In this document: piece by piece, positions 50,401-58,457 of the stretch
Position numbering within the stretch: the first letter of the stretch is position 1
How the letters are laid out: each line of letters opens with the position of its first letter
DNA from: Clostridia bacterium
GTDB taxonomy: Bacteria > Bacillota > Clostridia > Christensenellales > CAG-138
Assembly (NCBI GenBank): GCA_017619735.1
Contig: JAFZRT010000029.1
Location: forward strand, 14,087-78,086
Direction: 5' to 3'
Length of the DNA: 64,000 nucleotides
Notes under the pieces: model-generated
Databases searched by the model: none
Told to the model about the DNA's origin: nothing
What the model saw: only the letters and a program-made list of their open reading frames with translations
Program-made: the position numbers and the translations under genes

Positions 50401-51764
50401 GCGAGCGTCGTGAAACGGCCGAGCACCTCGCCGTTATGATCGAATTTGACTGCCGAGATCGAATAGACGGATGTGCCCGCCGCCGACGTCTGGCTCGTTG
50501 CCGCGACGGCCGTATAGGGCCGCTCGCCGTAATCGTGTATGACGGAATCGCTGACGAGGTATCCCTCGCAGCCGAATATGACCTTGATATTGTTCTTCTT
50601 TGCGGCCCTCATCGCTTCAGGCAGGGAATGGACCACGCCGTGATCGGTGATGGCTATGGCCTTGTGGCCCCAGTTCGCGGCGACTTCGATGACCTCCGAC
50701 ACCTTGGTCAGGGCGTCCATCGTGGAGGCCTGAGTATGCAAATGCAGTTCGACCCTCTTTTCTCCCTCCGGAGCGTTGTCCTTGCGCTTCACCGCGCCGC
50801 AGCGGTTTATGTCGTTCGCAAGAAGCACGTAATCGCGGGAGAACGAGTCGTATTTGTAGTTTCCGCGGACGATGATGAGATCGCCGGAATCCATTATGCT
50901 CTTTATCTTGTCCTCTATTGCGGGGGCTTTGTCGGAATCGGGGAAGAACTTGACCGTGACAGTATTAGTCTTGTCGGAGAAATCGAGCTTGAATATCGTC
51001 CTCGATTTGTCCCTCGTCTCGGTGACCTCATAGCTGATCACCGAACCCATAGCGGTTGCATTGCCGGTGGTCTCGCCGAATTCGTTCATCGGGGTTATGT
51101 CGCGTTTGACTATCTCCTTGCCGATTATGATATCTGCGGGATCCATGCCCTTCTTCTGAGGACGGCCCTTTTTCATCTGTACCGGGAAGGAAGGCGTTAC
51201 ATCCTGCTTGAAGGCGAACAGTGAGGAGGTATCACGGCCTATGCAGCGGTCTACGTCGACGGGCTTGAGCTCGGTTATCGCCTCGTCCTCGTGGAGCTCC
51301 AGGGCAAAATGCCAGCCCCAAAGCTCACTCGCTTTGGATCTGAACTCCGTCACCATTTCGGGATGTATCGCTTTTATGACCTCGGGCGAGGCGTGTACGG
51401 AAATAACGGTGTTCCCGTCGTCGGAGCTGCTGACCGAGACAGAGGAGTTTGCGACGACCGGGAAAATCTCGGGCGAGAGCTGCCCCCAAGCGTTGCTTAT
51501 GAAATCGGCCTTGTCCTCATCCTTCAGTTCTGCGAACTCGGCAAGAGCGTCCTTGAAATCGAACCGGTACTCGACGCTGTCGGTCATGAGCTTGTCGCGG
51601 ATCACGCTTTTTATCGCTTCGATCTCCTGCGGGAGGAGCATCTTCAAAGCGGAGACGTCTATCACGTACGTCCCCGTTGAGGATAGTCTTACCGCGTGCA
51701 TTATCTTAAACGCGGATCTCTTCTGCAGCTCGCTGCCGAGCTTTATGTAGTCGCGATCGCTCAT
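47472..51764 (-). CDS. polC: DNA polymerase III alpha subunit, PolC type
   Basis: 1430 aa. PHP domain with inserted 3'-5' exonuclease, OB-fold N-terminal region, typical Firmicute PolC length and order after ispG/rseP. Confidence 0.97.
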   Translation of the reverse strand: MSDRDYIKLGSELQKRSAFKIMHAVRLSSTGTYVIDVSALKMLLPQEIEAIKSVIRDKLMTDSVEYRFDFKDALAEFAELKDEDKADFISNAWGQLSPEIFPVVANSSVSVSSSDDGNTVISVHASPEVIKAIHPEMVTEFRSKASELWGWHFALELHEDEAITELKPVDVDRCIGRDTSSLFAFKQDVTPSFPVQMKKGRPQKKGMDPADIIIGKEIVKRDITPMNEFGETTGNATAMGSVISYEVTETRDKSRTIFKLDFSDKTNTVTVKFFPDSDKAPAIEDKIKSIMDSGDLIIVRGNYKYDSFSRDYVLLANDINRCGAVKRKDNAPEGEKRVELHLHTQASTMDALTKVSEVIEVAANWGHKAIAITDHGVVHSLPEAMRAAKKNNIKVIFGCEGYLVSDSVIHDYGERPYTAVAATSQTSAAGTSVYSISAVKFDHNGEVLGRFTTLADPGSSAPGWAVENCSIPESLTGNAPDPAEAVRMLLDFAEGSVLAAYNENTLNELASVLEREEDVPFEYVDLNKLELNAHLDIKDYSMESGCAPISGRYESVPERPSEQNAEELRELISALIDELKERNVHGISYWDRRFPDYKKLQRFHIILLATSLTGLKNLYKLVSYSHLQYYFKRPCIPRSLLNMLREGILLGSACEAGELYRAVVRNAGDEELRRIAGWYDYLEIQPLDNNMFMVEADGSKLTADDLRAYNKRIVDLGDELGKLTVATCDVHFLEPDDAIYRSILLHSQGYKDAMRMTPLYFRTTEEMLAEFAYLGADRAKEVVVTNPGIIADHCGEQLHPFLDEKFTYSPELPNAKEILESMTMGEAHRRYGDPLPPIVQARLDKELKSIVGNGYSSLYMVAQKLVSKSLGDGYLVGSRGSVGSSFVATMLGITEVNALPPHYLCPNCKYSEFVSDATSRCGIDLPDKLCPNCGTKLKKEGYDIPFEVFLGFKGDKTPDIDLNFSGEYQPVAHHFTEEMFGAGHAFRAGTISAVQDKTVYGYVKHYCEDNGLQKSEAEINRLVQGCLGVKKTSGQHPGGIVIVPEDYEIFDFCPVQHPADKNDSGSVTTHFDFHALDDKLVKLDILGHDDPTALRMLKDLTGLDPRSIPLDDPETMSIYRTDEALKVSLKPLGADVGSFAIPEFGTGFVRGMLMETRPTTMEELVRIAGLSHGTDVWTNNAQLLVQNHTATLMEVICTRDDIMNYLISKGGDPSLSFKTMESVRKGRGLKPEMEEMMRSIDVPEWFIDSCKKIKYMFPRAHAAAYVMMSFRIAYYKVHYPLEFYAVYFTVRADTFDIELCRGGLDNVMANLKMLKSKDKPDQKEKDAITILEVVAEMNMRGFDLLPLDLYKSKAKTFTVEDGKIRPPFTAVAGLGENVAVLIESAAKDGEYSSKEDFAIRTKANTSIMDKLEALGCFSGLPDTDQIKFSF

Positions 51765-52804
51765 TCAAGCTCCTTGATAACGTCGTTTATGAATCGGTCC
51801 ACCACTCCGGGCAGCCTGTCCGAATAGCAGAGCTCACCCTTCTTGAAAACAACGGCGTTGACGCTGCCGAAAGCTATGCCCATATCGGCCTCTCTGGCTT
51901 CTCCCGGGCCGTTTACGGCGCATCCCATGACCGCTATGCGCAAAGACTTGTCCGTTGCGGGAAGCGCCTCCTCGACCTTTCTGACGATCGAGGCGAGGTC
52001 CACCCTCGTCCTGCCGCACGTGGGACAGCTTACGACCTCCACGCCGTTTGAACGTAGACCCACAGCTGTCAGTATGTTCTTTGCGGCGTGAACCTCGCGG
52101 ACGGGGTCGCCCGTCAGCGAGACCCTTATCGTGTCGCCTATGCCGTCGAGCAGCAGCGAACCGATGCCTATAGAGGATTTGACGACGGCGGAATCGCTCA
52201 TGCCGGCCTCGGTAACGCCGAGGTGCAGAGGATAGGGCGACCTGCTCCGCATGAGCCGGTTGGCTTTTACTGTCTTCGCGACCGTGGAGGCCTTGAGGGA
52301 AACCACTATGTCGCGGAAGCCGCATTTCTCCAGTATGGCGACGTGGGAGAGCGCGCTTTCGACCATGCCCTCCGCCGTAACGCCGTATTTTGCCAATATG
52401 TCCTTTTCAAGCGAGCCGCCGTTCACGCCGATCCTTATGGGAACGCCGTGATCCTTCGCGCATGCGACGAGCTCGCGCACCTTCTGCTCCGAGCCGATGT
52501 TGCCGGGATTGATTCGCACCTTGTCTATACCGTTTTCGATCGACTTGATCGCAAGCCGGTGATCGAAATGGATATCCGCTACGAGCGGTATATGAGTGCG
52601 CTTTCTTATCTCGGGTATTGCCTCGGCGCACTTCTCGTCATAGACGGAAAAACGCACTATCTCACAGCCAGCGTCTTCGAGAGCGAGTATCTGCTCGGAA
52701 GTCGCCTCCCAGTCGCGGGTGTCGGTGTTCGTCATCGACTGAATCGTGACGGGGGCTCCCCCGCCTATCGCCGTATTCCTGATCCTGAAACTGACAGTAT
52801 CCAT
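51761..52804 (-). CDS. ispG: 4-hydroxy-3-methylbut-2-en-1-yl diphosphate synthase
   Basis: 347 aa. TIQSMTNTDT and the C-terminal Fe-S cysteines (SCPTCGRT ... GCAVNGPGE). Confidence 0.95.
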   Translation of the reverse strand: MDTVSFRIRNTAIGGGAPVTIQSMTNTDTRDWEATSEQILALEDAGCEIVRFSVYDEKCAEAIPEIRKRTHIPLVADIHFDHRLAIKSIENGIDKVRINPGNIGSEQKVRELVACAKDHGVPIRIGVNGGSLEKDILAKYGVTAEGMVESALSHVAILEKCGFRDIVVSLKASTVAKTVKANRLMRSRSPYPLHLGVTEAGMSDSAVVKSSIGIGSLLLDGIGDTIRVSLTGDPVREVHAAKNILTAVGLRSNGVEVVSCPTCGRTRVDLASIVRKVEEALPATDKSLRIAVMGCAVNGPGEAREADMGIAFGSVNAVVFKKGELCYSDRLPGVVDRFINDVIKELE

Positions 52805-52811
52805 ATCGACC

Positions 52812-53903
52812 TCAGCTGAACATCCCGTTGAATATCCCGCGTACGTCGCCTATGGTGACGTAGATCATGAGCAGTATCAGCAGGCCGAAGCCTATCATGC
52901 TCAACGTGTTCTGCACCGCGCGCGGGACGGGTTTTCCTATAACGAGCTCGATGAAGTCGAAGAGCAGATGACCGCCGTCCATGGGAAGTATGGGGAGCAG
53001 ATTCATTATGCCGAGGCTCATCGAGATCAGTATCATAATAACGAGCAGGTAGTAAACGCCCATGGAGGCCATTTTCATTGTGATCGCCACGGTCGCTACG
53101 GGGCCGGAGAAATCTCCCTGGTTAAAGCCGTTCCGGAACCCGTTGGCAATGGCTTCGAAGGTCGTTTTGACTATCGTGCCCATAAAGCCGAAGCCGCCCT
53201 TCAAGGCGCCCCAAAGCCCGCATTTCTCATAGGTTTCGGTGACGCCCATGGAGATCCCGAGAAAGTTCCGCTGCTCCTTCTCGCTGTAGATATCGGGAAC
53301 GAACAGTTCGACGGTCTCATCCCCGCGCAGCACGGTCATGGCAAGGCCTTCCGCGGGAGCGGATCCGATAGCGGCGGAGATCGCATCGGTCTTTTCTTCA
53401 AATGATTCGCCGGAGTTCTCGACGTCAGCTCCGTTGACGAACAGTATCACGTCCTCCGGAAGCACGCCCGCCTTCTCTGCCGGGCTTTCCTCCGTAACGG
53501 CGTTTACGGTGATCGCGTAATCGCCGTTGCCGTATCTCAAATAGTCACGGTTGCCGAAGCAGAGGAGCATTATTACGGACAGCACGTACGCCAGCACGAA
53601 GTTCATGAACGGGCCGGCGAAAATGACTATCATCCGTTTCCACGGCTTCTGCGAATTGAACGAAACTGCGTCTATGGGATCGTCCTCCTCGCCGTAGAAG
53701 CGGCAGGCGCCGCCGAGCGGGATCGCGCGGAGGGCGTAGTTAATGTCCTTCTTTTTGAACTGGAATATCGCGGGACCGAAACCGATGGAAAAATCGAGTA
53801 TCTTGAACCCGAGCAACCTTCCCGCGGTGTAATGGCCGAGCTCGTGGATGAATATCATCAGAGCCAGCACAAGCAATGCTATGAGAAAATAGAGAATGCT
53901 CAT
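52812..53903 (-). CDS. rseP: RIP (site-2) zinc metalloprotease RseP/YluC-like
   Basis: 363 aa. HELGHY zinc motif in TM1, central PDZ, C-terminal NLLPILPMDGG motif. Confidence 0.88.
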   Translation of the reverse strand: MSILYFLIALLVLALMIFIHELGHYTAGRLLGFKILDFSIGFGPAIFQFKKKDINYALRAIPLGGACRFYGEEDDPIDAVSFNSQKPWKRMIVIFAGPFMNFVLAYVLSVIMLLCFGNRDYLRYGNGDYAITVNAVTEESPAEKAGVLPEDVILFVNGADVENSGESFEEKTDAISAAIGSAPAEGLAMTVLRGDETVELFVPDIYSEKEQRNFLGISMGVTETYEKCGLWGALKGGFGFMGTIVKTTFEAIANGFRNGFNQGDFSGPVATVAITMKMASMGVYYLLVIMILISMSLGIMNLLPILPMDGGHLLFDFIELVIGKPVPRAVQNTLSMIGFGLLILLMIYVTIGDVRGIFNGMFS

Positions 53904-55051
53904 ATAAACCTCTTTACGCGGTATTCCCGCGCGAGCCGTCTTGCCGTTTGATCGGCATACAGCAGTGCGTCGATATCGTCTATACGGAATGCGCCGATGC
54001 CGTCCATGACGTATCTCACGCAGTCCGCGACGTCGGTGAATCTCAGTTCTCCGTTAACGAAGCGCGCGACGGCGGCCTCGTTGCCGGAATTGTACGCGAC
54101 GGGCATGCTGCCGCCCGTCCTCAGCGCTTCATAAGCCATGGTCAGAGCGGGGAAACGCTCCGCGTCGGGCTCCGTGAATGTGAGCCCCGCGAGCTTCGCA
54201 AGATCGAGCGGCGCCGCCGGCGAGGGCTGCCTGTCGGGATAGGTGAGCGCATACTGGATGGCGAGCCGCATATCGGGCACGCCGAGCTGCGCAACGACGG
54301 AATTATCCGCGAACTCGACCATGGAATGCACTATCGACTGCGGATGGATCAGTACGGAGATGTTCTCCCCCGGCTGATCGAACAGGAACGCCGCCTCCAT
54401 GATCTCCAACCCCTTGTTGAACATTGTAGCGGAGTCGATGGTTATTTTTTTACCCATGCTCCAGTTCGGGTGCTTCATGGCCATCTCGGGGGTGACGTCC
54501 GCAAGCTTCTCGATGGGGTGATCCCTGAAAGCTCCGCCGGAGGCGGTCAGAATTAGCCGCTTCACATCTTCCTTTTTTCCCGCGGACAGGCATTGGAAAA
54601 TCGCGCTCTGTTCGCTGTCGACGGGGAGTATCCTTCCCCCACCTTCCCTTTGCGCGGCCCGCACGAGTCCGCCTGCGCAGACCACGCTCTCCTTGTTCGC
54701 GAGAGCGACGGTCTTGCCCGCGCGCAGCGCCGATATCAGCGGGAATGTCCCGCTGAAGCCGCTGACGCCGTTGACGACAATATCTATGCTTTCCCGAGAG
54801 GCGATATCCCAAACGGCATTTCCGGAGACCACTTCCTTTTCGGGGAATGCTTCGCGGACGGCCTTTGCTGCCTCCTTGTCGAAAACGCCGACGATGCCCG
54901 GATCGAATGCTTGTATTTGATGCGCGCCGAGCTCCGTATTGGATCCGAATACGATCGCTTCCACGCAAAACTCCTCACCGTGCATCTCGCACACGGAGAG
55001 AGTCTGCTTTCCTATGGAACCGGTCGAACCGAATACAGCTATCCTTTTCAT
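53900..55051 (-). CDS. dxr: 1-deoxy-D-xylulose 5-phosphate reductoisomerase
   Basis: 383 aa. GSTGSIG NADPH motif, LANKES, HPNWSMG. Confidence 0.95.
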   Translation of the reverse strand: MKRIAVFGSTGSIGKQTLSVCEMHGEEFCVEAIVFGSNTELGAHQIQAFDPGIVGVFDKEAAKAVREAFPEKEVVSGNAVWDIASRESIDIVVNGVSGFSGTFPLISALRAGKTVALANKESVVCAGGLVRAAQREGGGRILPVDSEQSAIFQCLSAGKKEDVKRLILTASGGAFRDHPIEKLADVTPEMAMKHPNWSMGKKITIDSATMFNKGLEIMEAAFLFDQPGENISVLIHPQSIVHSMVEFADNSVVAQLGVPDMRLAIQYALTYPDRQPSPAAPLDLAKLAGLTFTEPDAERFPALTMAYEALRTGGSMPVAYNSGNEAAVARFVNGELRFTDVADCVRYVMDGIGAFRIDDIDALLYADQTARRLAREYRVKRFI

Positions 55052-55061
55052 TTCAAATGAT

Positions 55062-55868
55062 TCAGCGGATGAAGTAGTGGAAAACTACGGCGACTACCGG
55101 CGCGAACACCATAGCGCTGTCGAGCCTGTCCATAACTCCGCCGTGCTTGGGGAATATGGAGCCGAAATCCTTTACGCCGGCCCAGCGTTTGAAGGTCGAG
55201 GCGAAGAGATCGCCCATCTGGCCGACGACCGCGCCGACAAGGCCGAGACCCACGAGCCAGCCCCAGTGTACGTTGAGCCCGAAGAGTCTCTGCAGGAAGT
55301 AAACGAGTATGCCGCCCATGGGGCCGCCGACGAGACCCGCGACGAAGCCCTCGACGGTCTTCTTGGGGCTTATAGCCGGACACAGCTTATGCTTGCCGAA
55401 CTTCATGCCGAAGAGGTACGCGTTGTTGTCGGCCATGCAGGGCCCCGCGAACACCATCATCAGCGCGACGCGCGAAACGTCCGTTCTGTCGAAGCCGAAA
55501 AAGCCGAAGCAGAGCAGGAGCGCCAGCGGATACAGCATCACCGAAAGCGTGGCGACGGTGTCCTCCTGACGGCGGTTCTTGTTGAGTATGCGGTCGAACA
55601 GTATGCAGAGGAAGCACACGACGTAGAGGATCGGCAGATACTTCGGGAAGAGGAACAGTATAACGTACTGCAGTCCCGCCATCAGCATCAGCGGCACGAG
55701 GAATACGTGTATCTCCTTCTTTTTGAACATCCTGCTCATCTCGATTACCGCGAGTATCGAGAAAACGGTCAGAGCGGCGACCTGTACCCAGCCGCCGAAG
55801 ATCACGATGAGAGCAAGCACGGCGATAAGCCCTATTGCGACGATGGTCCTGATGAGTAGTTCGCTCAT
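55062..55868 (-). CDS. cdsA: Phosphatidate cytidylyltransferase
   Basis: 268-aa polytopic ORF with the C-terminal CDS signature S..KR..G.KD.G...P.HGG..DR.D (STFKRWAGVKDFGSIFPKHGGVMDRLDS). Confidence 0.9.
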   Translation of the reverse strand: MSELLIRTIVAIGLIAVLALIVIFGGWVQVAALTVFSILAVIEMSRMFKKKEIHVFLVPLMLMAGLQYVILFLFPKYLPILYVVCFLCILFDRILNKNRRQEDTVATLSVMLYPLALLLCFGFFGFDRTDVSRVALMMVFAGPCMADNNAYLFGMKFGKHKLCPAISPKKTVEGFVAGLVGGPMGGILVYFLQRLFGLNVHWGWLVGLGLVGAVVGQMGDLFASTFKRWAGVKDFGSIFPKHGGVMDRLDSAMVFAPVVAVVFHYFIR

Positions 55869-56614
55869 TATTCCACGACCTTTCCGAAGCGCCTCGTGCG
55901 CTTCATAAACTCGGCGATACAGCGTCTGAACTCCGCCGTATCGAAATCCGGCCAGCAGACCGGTGTGAATACGAATTCGGCATATGCCGCCTGCCAGAGC
56001 AGGAAATTGGAGAGCCGCTGCTCCCCCGCCGTCCTGATGATGAGGTCCAGCTCCGGCTGACCGCTCGTGTATAGACTGTCTGAAACGAGCTCCTCGCCGA
56101 TCTGAGCGGAGGGTATTCCGGAATCCACGATCCTTTTGATCGCCGATACGATCTCCGCTCTCGAGCCGTAATTGATGGCGATGCAGAAATTGAGGCCTTC
56201 GTTGTTCTTCGTGCGCTCGATCGCGTCCACCATGCAGGCCTTGACCTTCTGCGGGAATGGTTCGAGATCGCCGAGAGCGACGATCCTGACTCCGTTGGCG
56301 TCAAGCTCGTCGATCTCCTTTTCAAAGTATTCGGTCAAAAGGCCGAAAAGCGCGTTGACCTCCGCGATGGGCCTTCGCCAGTTCTCGGTGGAGAAGGCGT
56401 AGACGGTCAGCGTCTTTATGCCGAGGCAGTGCGCCTCTCGCACTATCTCATGCAGGGCCTCCATGCCAGCCCTGTGCCCGAAGGAGCGCGGCATAAGGCG
56501 CTGTTTGGCCCATCGGCCGTTGCCGTCCATGATTATCCCGACGTGTTTCGGACGATCGCCCGAGAGCCCCATTTCGGCAAGCTCGGCGTCGGTGTATCGT
56601 TCGTAAATGCGCAT
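55868..56614 (-). CDS. uppS: Isoprenyl transferase (undecaprenyl-diphosphate synthase)
   Basis: Start taken as ATG 56614 (RBS AGGGGGA); the track uses an upstream TTG. HVGIIMDGNGRWA and RTAGEQRLSNFLLWQ motifs. 1-nt overlap with cdsA. Confidence 0.9.
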   Translation of the reverse strand: MRIYERYTDAELAEMGLSGDRPKHVGIIMDGNGRWAKQRLMPRSFGHRAGMEALHEIVREAHCLGIKTLTVYAFSTENWRRPIAEVNALFGLLTEYFEKEIDELDANGVRIVALGDLEPFPQKVKACMVDAIERTKNNEGLNFCIAINYGSRAEIVSAIKRIVDSGIPSAQIGEELVSDSLYTSGQPELDLIIRTAGEQRLSNFLLWQAAYAEFVFTPVCWPDFDTAEFRRCIAEFMKRTRRFGKVVE

Positions 56615-56632
56615 GTTATCCCCCTTCAAGGG

Positions 56633-56839
56633 TCAGTTAGCTGAAACGGCCGTCTTAAAAATCGAGTACGCAAGGTAAACGGTATTTTCCGATTCGACCA
56701 AGCGTACCCTTATTACTCTTTTATCGTCCCCGTCGGGTACGCCCTTCTTTGAGCGTACCTCGCGGCTGACGACAGTATAGCCTTCGGCTGTGAGGATATC
56801 CTCGGCGAGCCGAAGCTCAAGCCCGCGGACGTCCGTCAA
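56633..56839 (-). CDS. Small conserved-looking hypothetical protein (68 aa) inserted between frr and uppS
   Basis: TTG start overlapping the frr TGA (TTGA). Genome-like codon usage. The sequence MTDVRGLELRLAEDILTAEGYTVVSREV... loosely resembles a single PASTA-type alpha/beta module. No ATG alternative. Confidence 0.4.
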   Translation of the reverse strand: MTDVRGLELRLAEDILTAEGYTVVSREVRSKKGVPDGDDKRVIRVRLVESENTVYLAYSIFKTAVSAN

Positions 56840-57396
56840 AACTCCATTATCTCCTTTTCCTTCTCGGAAGCGATGCGGTCGATCTCCTTGATGGAATCGT
56901 CGGTGATGTCCTGCGCTTCCTTTTCGAGGTTCTTCTGATCGTCCTCGGTGATCTCGCTTTCCTTCTTCTGCTTCTTCAGGGTCTCGTTCGCGTCGCGGCG
57001 GATGGACCTGATCGCGACCTTGGCCTCCTCGGCCTTTTTCTTGATGGTCTTGACGAGATCCTTGCGGCGCTCCTCGGTGAGCTCCGGGAAGACGAGGCGG
57101 ATAAGCTTGCCGTCGTTGGTGGGATTGATGCCGAGATCGGACTTCTGTATCGCCTTTTCAACGGCGGGGATCATCTTGGGATCCCAGAGGTTGATGACGA
57201 GGAGCCGGGGCTCGGGCGAAGAGATGTTGCCCATCTGATTTATGGGAGTGGGCGTTCCGTAGTAATCGGCGGTGATGCGCTCCAGAAGCTGGGGGTTCGC
57301 ACGGCCGGCCCTGAGGCCGCCGAGGTCGCGCTTGAGGACGGCGATGGTCTTGTTCATTTTTTCAAATGCGATATCGATAACTTCACTCATGATCAA
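56836..57396 (-). CDS. frr: Ribosome recycling factor
   Basis: 186 aa. ...LKRDLGGLRAGRANPQLLERI...TEERRKDLVK... is canonical RRF. Confidence 0.95.
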   Translation of the reverse strand: MIMSEVIDIAFEKMNKTIAVLKRDLGGLRAGRANPQLLERITADYYGTPTPINQMGNISSPEPRLLVINLWDPKMIPAVEKAIQKSDLGINPTNDGKLIRLVFPELTEERRKDLVKTIKKKAEEAKVAIRSIRRDANETLKKQKKESEITEDDQKNLEKEAQDITDDSIKEIDRIASEKEKEIMEF

Positions 57397-57487
57397 TTAC
57401 CTCCTTGCAGATAGTTTACCGAAGTATTTTATTAGATACGCGGCCGGTTGTCAACCTTAAAATGGTGTCCGGCCGTACGATCCGGGA

Positions 57488-58189
57488 TCAGGAAATAACG
57501 GTGCCGACGTTCTCCCCCGCGGCCGCGCGGACGAAAGCGGAATCGTCCTCCATGGAGAATACCACGATGGGCATTCCGGTATCGCGGCAGAGCGTGATCG
57601 CCGTGAGGTCGGTCGCGCGGAGCTGCTTGGCGATCACCTCGTCATAGGTCAGCTTGTCGTACTTGACGGCGGAAGGATCCTTCTTGGGATCGGCGGAATA
57701 GACGCCGTCCACGTTCTTTGCGAGCAGCATCGCGTCGGCGTGGATCTGCGCCGCACGGAGCGCCGATGCGGTATCCGTCGAGAAGAAGGGCAGGCCAGAA
57801 CCGCAGGCGAATATCACGACCTCGCCGCTGTCGAGCGCGCTGTTCGCGAGCCTGGCGGAATAGGTGTCCATGAACAACTCGATCTGGACTGCGGAGAGCA
57901 CGCGTACCGGGACCTTCAGGTCGATGAGCGCGTGCTCGAGCGACATCGCGTTTATGGCGGTCGCGAGCATGCCGATAGCGTCAGCGCGGTTGCGGTCCAT
58001 GGAGCCGGAGTCGCGGCCGCGCATGATGTTGCCGCCGCCGCAGACGACGCCCACCTCAACGCCGGCGTCGTGCAGATCCTTTATATGCCTTGCGGCGATC
58101 ATGACCTTTTCACTGTCGACGGGCGCGCGGTCGGAGCCCAATACTTCGCCGCTCATTTTGAGAAGGATACGCTTATATTTCAGTTCCAT
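57488..58189 (-). CDS. pyrH: UMP kinase
   Basis: 233 aa. YKRILLKMSGE, VVCGGGNIMRG. Confidence 0.95.
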   Translation of the reverse strand: MELKYKRILLKMSGEVLGSDRAPVDSEKVMIAARHIKDLHDAGVEVGVVCGGGNIMRGRDSGSMDRNRADAIGMLATAINAMSLEHALIDLKVPVRVLSAVQIELFMDTYSARLANSALDSGEVVIFACGSGLPFFSTDTASALRAAQIHADAMLLAKNVDGVYSADPKKDPSAVKYDKLTYDEVIAKQLRATDLTAITLCRDTGMPIVVFSMEDDSAFVRAAAGENVGTVIS

Positions 58190-58457
58190 AACATGCCTCC
58201 CCTAACATTATCGATGTATTATATCATACCGGGGAGCGTTTGAAAATAACCTTTCTGTAAAAATCGGGTAAAATCCTGCATGCGTGCAGGCGCTATATGC
58301 GTAAACGACGGCGCTTTTTCAGAAATATATATCTCTTGAAAAGCTTTTTTTCGAAAAAACTGGGTTTACACCGACCGCCGATTATGTTATTATGTTAATT
58401 GGTGTGTTTATGCGCCCGAATTGATAACTATAACCGTTAGGGGGATAATACCGAATT

